NCBI RefSeq assembly: GCF_000485595.1
Contig: NW_014577071.1
Location: 1-49,028, forward strand
Direction of reading: 5' to 3'
From: Priapulus caudatus
Lineage: Eukaryota
DNA length: 49,028 bases
Shown: one piece after another, positions 38,181 through 46,875 of the stretch
Position numbering within the stretch: position 1 is the first letter of the stretch
Layout: each line of letters opens with the position of its first letter
Program-made: the position numbers and the translations under genes
Notes under the pieces: model-generated
What the model saw: the letters and a program-made list of their open reading frames with translations, nothing else
Told to the model about the DNA's origin: nothing
The model's database searches: none

Positions 38181-41100
38181 CTAGTACTTCTTTCTGACGA
38201 TCTGAACGTCGCGCTCGCCGTCGTCGTCGTAAGCGACCGACGGCATCGACCGGCAGCGCTGCGGCGGCGACGGCCCGCACACGCCGCCGTCGTCGTAGTA
38301 AACGACCGCGTCGTCCGCGACCGGTTCCTCTAAGCTGCGGAACCGCGCGAGCGCGCTGTGCTTCGCCTCTCGCAGCGTGTCCATCTCCCGCAGCACCGCG
38401 CCGCGCTCCTCCGTGATCTGGCGCCCGCGGCGGCGGCGCCGCGCCGCCTCGTCGCCGGGCGACGGCGGCTGCGGCTCGGCGAGCGACACTTCGCGGATCT
38501 CGTCGCGCACCTTCTGCAGCGTCTCGTCGCTGCTGCTGCTGCAGCAACTCTTCTCCGGAGAGCAGAGCGCTGCCTTCGCCGCGTGCACGGCGTGCGCGCG
38601 TTTTACCTGCTTCAGCTCCTTCGACACCTCGATGTAGTCGGTGTCGTCCTCCGACTCGAACGAGTACGGCGACAGCTGCTCGCCCGCCGCCGTGTCGTCG
38701 GCGTACGCGAGTTTCCGTGGCGACGGCGTGCGGTCCTCCTCGTCGGATGTCGCGTGGTTGGTGATGACGACCGGTCTCCGTGGCGACGACCTCTCTTCGT
38801 CCGAGTATCTCGGCGATGCGAGGTCGTCGTCGGCGAACTGTCTCCGTGGCGACGACGCGAGGTCGTCGTCGTCGTCGTCGTCGACGCGATGTTTCCGTGG
38901 CGACGCCGACGATCGTGCGTTTATGTCGGCGATCGCGTGGCTGCTGTAGGAAGGAGCCTGCGAGAAGTCCAGCGTGGCTGGAGGCCGTCTCCCTCCTCCC
39001 TCCTCCTCTATCGTCTGGAAGCGGCGCAGCGCGGCGAGCTTCGCTTCGTGCGCTTGCTCCTGCAGCATCCTCTCCTCCTCATCCTCCTCCTCCTCCTGCT
39101 GCACGGGCGCGCGGTCCGGGGGAAGCTCGAGTGAAGGGTGAAGGTCTTCGATCCACGAGTCGCGGCTTTCCTCCGGGGGAGGAGTGATCGCGCGCGGCGG
39201 CGGTGGCGCCATCTTTTGCTGCTCAGGACGCTTCCACCCGCCGCCGCCGCCGCCGCGTTCCAGAGTCTGGAACTTCTGCAGCGCGGCGACGCGCGTCTCC
39301 CGCGCCGCCCCCAGGGTGCGCTGCAGCTCCGCCTGCCGACGCACGCACTCACCGTCCTCGTCCGACGACGACGAATCGGTATCGACGATTCCGCGGATGC
39401 TCGCCTGCGGGGGCGGGGTTATGGAGCGGAGGGGCGGAGGCTGAGCGTGCTCGGTCTGTAGGCCGCTCCCGCGCTCTATTGTGTGCCACCGCGCTCCTCC
39501 TCCTCTGCCGCTTCCCTTCTCGATCGTCTGCCACTTGAGCAGCGCCGACTGCTTCGTCTCCCGCGCATGCGCGAACGCCTCCTTCAACTCCTGGTCGTCG
39601 CGGCGACCGGTGGCGTCGCCCTCGCTGCCCGAGCTGTCTGATCGCGCGCGTCCGAAGACCAACACGCCGTCCGGTGGCGGCGTGATCGAGTGCAGCGGCG
39701 GTAGCGCCCCCTCGCGGCGGTCGCCGCGGTCGGTGACGTCGTCGTCGTCGTCGCGGCGACCGCGCTCGAGCATGCGGAAGCGCTGCAGGGCAGCGTTCTT
39801 CGTCGCGCGGCCCAGCTCCCGCGCCTCGCTCAACTCCGCCGCGCGCGTGTCCACCTCCTCGACCTCCACGGGTTCGGCGACCCCGAGCACCATCGCGAGG
39901 TCGTCGTCGGCATGGTAGTCGCGCGGAGGCGTGATCGCGCGCACGGGCGGTGGCGCATCCACCGGCGCCCCCTGGCGATTGCCCTGCTCGAGCTGCTGGA
40001 ACTTTGCGAGCGCCGCCTGGCGCGTGCGCCGCGCGCTCTCGATCCGCTCATCATCGTCGTCGGCATCGTCGAGGTCGGACGAGCGGCGGTCGCCGGGCGA
40101 CACCTCGTGGCCCGCGTCCTGGTACGGAAGCTGCACGTTCCAGCGTGGCGGCGGTCGCGCGCGCGGCGCGTCGTCGCGCGGCGGCAGAAACGCCTGCGGC
40201 GCCCCCTGCATGCTCTGGAAGTGAGCGAGCGCGGAGCGCTTGGACACATGCGCGAGCGCGTGGGCTTCACGCAGCTCTTGCTCCCGCTCAGCCTCGCGCG
40301 CATCCTCCTCCTCTTCCTCGTCGTCCGATGCGGGACTCAACCCGTTGAAGTCCGGCGGCGGGGTGATGGAGCGGATGGGCGGGGGAGCGGCGATGCCGCG
40401 GCGCGGCGCCAGGATGTCCTGCTCCTCGGCTCCACCTCCGCCGCTGCTCTCCATGTTCTGGAATCGCGCGAGGGCGGCGCGTTTGCTCTCCTGCGCGAGC
40501 GCGCGCGTCTCCTCCAGCTCTCGCTCCCTCCCCCGGGCATCCTCCCCCTCCCCCTCCTCCTCTTCCTCCTCGTCTTCGTAGCCGGTGAAGTCGAGAGGCG
40601 GCGTGATGCAGCGTACGGGAGGCGGCGCGGCGTGTTCGTTGTTGTCGTCGCCGGCGGTCGGGGAGCGCTTCCACGCGTCGCCGTTCTCCAGCAACTTGAA
40701 ACGCTCGAGCGCTAGCCGCTTGCTCTCCTGCGCGTACGTCTGCGTCTCCTCTCGCTCCACCAGCCGAATGTTTACCTCCTCCTCCTCCTCCTCCTCCTCT
40801 TCCTCCTCCTCCTCGTGCGTGGCGTAGAGGGGCGGGGTTATCGCGCGTACGGGCGGGGGCGACCACCGATCGTGGTCATGCATGCGGTTAGTGTGGGGCG
40901 ACGCGACACTCTCCAAACCCTGAAACTTGGCGAACGACTCGGTGCGACGCTCCTTCGCGTGCGCCATCAGAGCCTCGATCTCGTGCTGCGGCGAGGTGGC
41001 GGCGCCACCGTCGGAGTCGTCGTCGGACATGCTGTCGGCATGCGCTCGCTCGGCATGCAGTGTGGACGCATGCGTGTTAGTGGCGTCCGCTTCGATGCCA

Positions 41101-41279
41101 TCGTCACCTACCTCGTCCGGCTGGCTCTCGAGGTGACGAAACTTGGCGAGGAGGCTACCTGTGGCCTTGATCTGCGACAGTTCGGATGCGAACTCGTTCT
41201 CGGTGTTCTGCGGCTTCGGCTGGTACTCGAGGTCCGACTCCATCCTCTCGCGTTCTTTCCTCAGTCGCTCAAACTCCTC
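38181..41279 (-). CDS. LIM gene composite exon, long form: reads through an internal donor for ~3 kb to a stop, encoding 7 more PPP.R.ITPP modules
   Basis: cccatcacag|GAG acceptor at 41279 in frame with ORF 38181..41348; internal donor GAG|gtaggt after 41112; ORF continues to TAG at 38181-38183 with the same repeat module. Confidence 0.85.
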   Translation of the reverse strand, partial: EEFERLRKERERMESDLEYQPKPQNTENEFASELSQIKATGSLLAKFRHLESQPDEVGDDGIEADATNTHASTLHAERAHADSMSDDDSDGGAATSPQHEIEALMAHAKERRTESFAKFQGLESVASPHTNRMHDHDRWSPPPVRAITPPLYATHEEEEEEEEEEEEEVNIRLVEREETQTYAQESKRLALERFKLLENGDAWKRSPTAGDDNNEHAAPPPVRCITPPLDFTGYEDEEEEEEGEGEDARGRERELEETRALAQESKRAALARFQNMESSGGGGAEEQDILAPRRGIAAPPPIRSITPPPDFNGLSPASDDEEEEEDAREAEREQELREAHALAHVSKRSALAHFQSMQGAPQAFLPPRDDAPRARPPPRWNVQLPYQDAGHEVSPGDRRSSDLDDADDDDERIESARRTRQAALAKFQQLEQGNRQGAPVDAPPPVRAITPPRDYHADDDLAMVLGVAEPVEVEEVDTRAAELSEARELGRATKNAALQRFRMLERGRRDDDDDVTDRGDRREGALPPLHSITPPPDGVLVFGRARSDSSGSEGDATGRRDDQELKEAFAHARETKQSALLKWQTIEKGSGRGGGARWHTIERGSGLQTEHAQPPPLRSITPPPQASIRGIVDTDSSSSDEDGECVRRQAELQRTLGAARETRVAALQKFQTLERGGGGGGWKRPEQQKMAPPPPRAITPPPEESRDSWIEDLHPSLELPPDRAPVQQEEEEDEEERMLQEQAHEAKLAALRRFQTIEEEGGGRRPPATLDFSQAPSYSSHAIADINARSSASPRKHRVDDDDDDDLASSPRRQFADDDLASPRYSDEERSSPRRPVVITNHATSDEEDRTPSPRKLAYADDTAAGEQLSPYSFESEDDTDYIEVSKELKQVKRAHAVHAAKAALCSPEKSCCSSSSDETLQKVRDEIREVSLAEPQPPSPGDEAARRRRRGRQITEERGAVLREMDTLREAKHSALARFRSLEEPVADDAVVYYDDGGVCGPSPPQRCRSMPSVAYDDDGERDVQIVRKKY
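41112..41279 (-). CDS. Short (spliced) form of the composite exon (EEFERLRKERERMESD...GSLLAKFRHLESQPDE)
   Basis: 168 nt, phase 0/0; joining to 34753 gives KFRHLESQPDE-VDGEKKPPPPRAFTPPPD, a complete module. Confidence 0.75.
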
Positions 41280-41694
41280 CTGTGATGGGACAGAGAGAAT
41301 GGCAATGGCTACCAGTGCAGAGTTGTTACATAAAGTGTAAAACAGCATACTACACCACGCGTAATAACGTGCGCACTAGAATTACTACTAATAAGTCATT
41401 AGAAAACAATAAAATTATATCCTAACTCCTCCTAGGGAACACAGAGAATGGCTTTCATTGAACAGTTGGTACACAGAATCTATAGGGGTATAATCCACCA
41501 CGTTTAATGCTCGAATATGTGTCATTAAAAAGGAATAAAATTATAGGTGAACTGATCATCATATAACCAGCCAATAAGATGAAATTGACAGTGTTATCCA
41601 TACTTTTTACTAATAACTATGTAGCATTTTCTTGTGTGTATATTACCTGTAATTAGTGTTACCTATGCCAGTTACCTGCAATTACTTTAGTTAC

Positions 41695-41883
41695 CTGTAT
41701 TTTGCGCTGTTTCTCGGCTGTGGCTGTGTCAGTGCTGTCACTAGCCTGACCTTCAAATTTGCCCTTGAGATTACCGAGTCCCTCGTAATCGATCTTCTCC
41801 ACGCTCTTTTTGATTTCTTTCGACTTTGGACCCTCCTCGAACTTGGATTTCATCGACTTCACTTCCTCACTTGAAATGATGAT
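41695..41883 (-). CDS. LIM gene exon (IIISSEEVKSMKSKFEEG...LGNLKGKFEGQ...EKQRKIQ)
   Basis: tctctctatag acceptor, CAG|gtaact donor, 189 nt, phase 0/0; two (M/L)K.KFE motifs. Confidence 0.85.
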
Positions 41884-41942
41884 CTATAGAGAGATGGTTT
41901 CAGTTAGTCGTGGTTCATGATGCCTCGATAGCTGGCACTCAG

Positions 41943-42157
41943 GGGCCCGTTGTCAGAAACAAAATTAGTCTTAACATTAGTCTTAACATTGACTTTTTCT
42001 CTTAGACCGTCGACAGAAACGCTGCCAAGTTACGAGAATGAAAAATCGTAGCAGATTTCCTCATGACAATACAAAACAAAGTGATGTCGACGGTCTTGGA
42101 GAAATTGTTAATGTTAAAACTAATGTTAAGACTAATTTTGTTTCTGACAACGGGCCC
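41943..42157. mobile_element. PIF/Harbinger-like MITE with CAG target-site duplication
   Basis: 39-bp perfect TIR GGGCCCGTTGTCAGAAACAAAATTAGTCTTAACATTAGT extending imperfectly to ~70 bp; CAG at 41940-41942 and 42158-42160. Confidence 0.85.
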
Positions 42158-42339
42158 CAGGTTATTCACAGTTATGGAGGAGAAGTAGGAGAACAAGATA
42201 CTCGCTGGGTAGGAGGAGGGTACATGGATGCAATTAGAGCAAGTCAACGCTGCTGAAACTGATCCTTCTCCTCACCTCCTCCCATTATACTCAGCTGCTC
42301 CTCTTAAAATCTCCTCCTCCTGTTGCACTAACCTCCTCT

Positions 42340-42740
42340 TACACTCACCACCTCCGGTCTCACTCACCTCCTCCTTTTATACGCATGGGCTCCCGTTATA
42401 CTCGCCTCCTTATCGTATGCATGGTGCCTCCTCTTACACTCGCCTTCTCCATGCTACACTCGCCTCCTTCTGTTACACTCCCCTCCCCCCTTATACTCGC
42501 CTCCTTCTGTTACACTCGCCTTCCTCCTCTTACACTCGCCTCCTTCTGTTACACTCACCTCCCCCTCTTACACTCGCCTCCTTCTGTTACACTCACCTCC
42601 CCCTCTTACACTCGCCTCCTTCTGTTACACTCACCTCCTCCTCTTACACTCGCCTCCCTCTGTTACACTCACCTCCTCCTCTTACACTCGCCTTCTCCAT
42701 GCTACACTCGCCCCTCCCCTCTGTTACACTTACCTCCTCC
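42340..42740. repeat. ~19-nt (38-nt dimer) minisatellite derived from the exon/donor junction
   Basis: Units TACACTC(A/G)CCTCC.. on +, i.e. GGAG-G(T/C)GAGTGTAA on -. Confidence 0.88.
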
Positions 42741-42815
42741 TCTGTCGTTCCGTTCTGTGTAGGCACGCCGTCTGTGTCATCACCAAACTCGCCCAGCAAG
42801 GCTTCCGATGCGAGT
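42734..42815 (-). CDS. LIM gene exon (LASEALLGEFGDDTDGVPTQNGTTEEE)
   Basis: ttctctttcgtgcag acceptor, GAG|gtaagt donor, 82 nt, phase 2/0. Confidence 0.75.
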
Positions 42816-43129
42816 CTGCACGAAAGAGAAACGTGCAGCCAGTAAAAAAACCAGTAAGGAAACGTACAGCCAGTAAAAAAAAACAGCCATAAACCCCCAC
42901 AATAATAATAGCCATTTATTCCACGCGTTCATCCACTTAGTGTATTAACACGCTGACCGGTTTTCCATGCTGCTTCTGTCTGATATCTTAATCCCTCAAG
43001 GGGAATTATCTCTCGGGATTAGTAAGATACCCGTATTTTATAGAACGTGTGCGTCGGTGACAGTAAACGCATTACACCGTATACACCGTACACGCAGTAT
43101 ACACCGTGCATATCGCTGCACGCCCTCAC

Positions 43130-43137
43130 CTACGCGC
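43130..43137 (-). CDS. Candidate 8-nt microexon (GCGCGTAG)
   Basis: cacttgcag|GCGCGTAG|gtgagg; phase 0/2 would fit the phase-2 acceptor at 42815. Confidence 0.35.
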
Positions 43138-44058
43138 CTGCAAGTGATCGAACAAATTTTGCGGGTTTGCGTTCATTTTGCGTTTTTTTTTCATTTTGCG
43201 TTTATTTTGTTTACATTTTGCGGGTTTCTAACGCAAAAAAACACCAGCAACGTCGATCGATAAATCGCGCATGAGAGGTTGCTGAAAAGAATATAACTTC
43301 ATGGCACAGCCATCGTGATGGCTATTGTTTCCCTTTGTGTGGGTTGATGGCGCTAGCATATCAACTAGCGGATACCGTTCAGTCCTCACCTCACGGACAA
43401 TCAGTTTATAAATAATCAAGGTTATAAATGGACTAAGCTTTTTATATGATTATAAGATATAATGGATCAAGCCATTTATAAGCTCCTGATATAATAAATG
43501 TATTATTATCAGACTCCTGGTTGTATTAACGGCCGATTTCCACGCAGAGGGATATGACGTTATCGTTATGGGACAGTTGATTGTATTGTATATTTTGCTT
43601 TGCCTTCGCGCAGGCTCAAGATTTAATAATTATCAGGATGTAATTATCAAGGTACAATTAATAAATATGAACGCCGATAAATACTATGAATTTTTCTTCC
43701 AGGAGACAGAAGTTGCCATATTTCCTGCTGTGTGCGCGCGAACGTGTGTTTTTGCGTTGGGATGTCATTCCAGATAAAGGCGTAAACTAATATCGGACAC
43801 GACAGACGCATGTAATAGTAAACGCCTTACAGTTGTGAGAAGTTCATCTAGCGAGCTTATACCCACCACCCATACATATCCACTCATACACGTAACTGGC
43901 TATTTCAAGAGTAAAATAGTGCTTCTCTGCGTATAATTTCTTCTCGGCAAATGCGCGTAGCTAAGCAACATTGCGGATGCGAACCGCGCCAAAACGTATT
44001 GGAATTGTTGTTGCGCCGATTCACGCTATGTACACGATGGAGTCGTGGAGAGCCCGAC

Positions 44059-44371
44059 CACAGGCACTTAGAGCGTTTCAATAAAATATAATGCTAAATA
44101 AATACGAAATCTATTTACTACCAAAGTCTTAATGTATCTATACTCTCTTTCACCTATTATTGCCGACAATTTCCTGCAAATGCCGTCCAAATACTCATCT
44201 GCAACAATTTGAACAAACGCTGGCTGCCGCCATGGCTGCCGCTGCACACTGACACATAAAATGTCGGCAATAACAGGTGAAAGAGAGTATAGAAACATTA
44301 AGACTTTGGTAGTAAATAGATTTCGTATTTATTTAGCATTATATTTTCTTGAAACGCTTCAAGTGCCTGTG
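44059..44371. mobile_element. MITE with ~113-bp TIRs and 8-bp TSD (P-element- or hAT-like)
   Basis: CACAGGCACTT...TGCCGACAATTT versus AAATGTCGGCA...AAGTGCCTGTG; flanks AGCCCGAC (44051-44058) and AGCCAGAC (44372-44379). Confidence 0.85.
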
Positions 44372-45208
44372 AGCCAGACTAGGCTCTGCGACTGTTTCAC
44401 GTCACACTTCGACACGTATAGTGAGAAGCGGGAAGGTAACTCGGGGGTGGGGGGCTAGAGTCGTGGAGGGTCTGTGTGCTAGCTAGAAGTAGTGGTGCCC
44501 ACACGAACGCACGCGGACAAGCGACGCTCGTGAGATGCTCACAGTAATATATATAGACACACACTCGCGCAATAACACACGCACGCACACGCGCATACAC
44601 GCATACACGCGCGCAATCACGCACGCATACACGCACACACACGCGCTCGCGTGCACACACACACACACGCAAGCACGCACACACGCACACACACACACGA
44701 ACACACACATCTCGTGTTCTCACAGCGCACGCACACAGACACGCGACAGTAATAAAGAGCAGCTGCTATTCGCGGCCAGTTAGCTCTAGATATAGTGGCA
44801 TATCACATGTGCTTTTGAGGCTTGATTCTCATTAATAACATAATTGCTATTGATTCTAATGTTGGCCGCTAGCGACGCTATATGTGGAATATGCGGTGCG
44901 AATACTAATTAAGCAGGCGGTGTACACTAATTAATTATTCTACGGCTGAACCCGCCGTACGATAGTGTACTGTATCCACTAGTAGAGTTCGGTTTCAATG
45001 CTGTACATTCTATCAAGAGTAGATAATAACACATGTGTTATTATCTACTCTTGATTCTATCATAAATAGTAAATGACAGTCTGTGGTCACATGGAGAGTT
45101 GAGTTTGAACGCACGCTATGCGGCCTGTGGGCGGGCACGTTGGCAATCCCACTACAGCGCCAAATCACTAAAAGCTTTCCTCTTAGCAGACACATTGCGC
45201 CTAGATAC

Positions 45209-45209
<1 letters not shown>

Positions 45210-45278
<69 letters not shown>

Positions 45279-45372
45279 AAGCGAATAAGAGAGGGAGGGG
45301 GAAGGGAGACAGACAGAGAGGGAGAGAGAGAGAAAAAAGAAAAGAAAAGAAAGAAGAACGAGAAAAGAGAGA
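45210..45372. repeat. (GA)n microsatellite / purine tract
   Basis: Directly visible. Confidence 0.9.
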
Positions 45373-45382
45373 GAATGCTCAC

Positions 45383-45519
45383 GTATTTAGCATGCCCGCT
45401 GTTTCTTGATGGCACCTCGCGACGCTTGCTGTATCTCGCGGCGGTTCGGCCTGCTCTTTTTCTCTCAAAATCTCTCGGCATGCTCGAAGCGGTCGAACTT
45501 TGACTTGAGCTTTCACCAC
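45383..45519 (-). CDS. Probable upstream LIM gene exon (contains KLKSKFDRFEHAE), frame disrupted by likely read errors
   Basis: Strong acceptor tttctctgcgtcgtgcag and TAC|gtgagc donor; LKSKF..FE resembles downstream K.KFE motifs, but that frame hits TGA. Confidence 0.5.
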
Positions 45520-45649
45520 CTGCACGACGCAGAGAAACAATCAACAGTGAGACATACAGACTACTCTAGTACAGTGACAGCAGCCTCTCGATTGATGATT
45601 AGTCTCGGGTTGTTTGCCCATGCAAGCATTACATGTCACCCGGCGTTAC

Positions 45650-45965
45650 ACTCAACTAGCACAAGTTCACAGTAGTCACACATGTTACATACTCACATGT
45701 CACAGCTTTAACAGTCACACATGTTACACTCACATGTCGCAGTTCACAGCCACCATGTTACTACCATGTGCACACGCTTCACATCACCATATGTTTACCA
45801 CTCACATGTGCACAGTTCACAGTCACAGTAAGTCACACTGTTACACTACATGATCAGCAGTTCAGCAGAGTTCACGTAACACATGTTCATCACATTCACA
45901 GTTCACAGTCACACATGTACACACACATGTCACAGTTCACGAGTCACAGTCACATAACATGTTAC
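45650..45965. repeat. Degenerate CACATGT/CACAGTT minisatellite
   Basis: Repeated CACATGT and CACAGTTCACAG words. Confidence 0.7.
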
Positions 45966-46564
45966 GCCCTGCACAGGTTGGTACAGACAGGGGTGTGATC
46001 ACGGTTCGTGTTCTTGTCAGCATACACACGGTGGATGAAGCATAGGTGTTTAACAAGTTTATACTGCCGGTTAAATCAAGATCGCACCAACTCACCGACA
46101 AATTGCGCTTTGCCTAAACGTGCGAGAAGTGGAAGGTCTGGACTTGAGAGTCTAGCTGGCGGCGTACACAGGAAGGTTTAACACCAGGATGAGACGGTAT
46201 AAACGGTTCAGCAACAGCGCACATACGCGCGCAGGCGTACGCGCACTGAAACATCAGCGGGAGGCGGAGAAGACACGTTATGCGGACCGTGATACGTCAA
46301 CATGGTGACGCAAGTGTGATGCCTTTCAATGAGCGCATCGGGCATGGTAGTACGTCGTGTCGGCGCGGCTGGGCTGCCTAAGCAGACATCGCCTCTCAGG
46401 CAGCTACCCATTAACCACCTGTCGTAAATGTATGACGTCAGGGGTGAGTAATGGCAATTTTTTGATATCGTTAATTTGCTCATTATTCACCACTTGAATT
46501 GACGTGTAATATAGAGATACAGCCCCTTCATAGCTGCGATAAAGAGATGTGCACTGAAAACGAC

Positions 46565-46875
46565 GACCACACACACCACACAGCGCACACACACACACAC
46601 ACGACACACACAACACACACACCACACACAACACACACGCCCGCGCGCGGCGCGGCGCGAAACAGATACAACACACACGACGACAACACACACACACACC
46701 ACACCAGCGGCCACAACAGCACAGCACACACACACACACACCACACACACACACAAACAGATACACAACACACGACAAAACACACAAAAACACCACACCA
46801 CACCACACCCACACGCAAGCACGCCGCACGGCACGACTGCCCGGCCGCACGCACAACTACACACCAACACCACAG
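46565..46875. repeat. (CA)n-rich low-complexity tract
   Basis: Directly visible; similar tracts at 44560-44745 and 4075-4136. Confidence 0.85.

Larger units (their letters stand above)
6451..45519 (-). other. Span of multi-exon EPLIN/XIRP2/LIMD2-like LIM-domain cytoskeletal protein gene with PPPPRAITPPPE repeats (5' end not resolved)
   Basis: Chain of GT-AG exons with continuous reading phase from 42815 to the LIM stop at 6451; LIM sequence of the EPLIN/XIRP2/LIMD2/MICAL subtype. Resemblance to fly CG33521 / worm tag-273 type proteins is from recall and unverified. Confidence 0.8.

Noticed and set aside
38358..41285. Numerous overlapping + strand and alternative-frame ORFs
   Set aside because: By-products of the GC-rich minus-strand coding exon.
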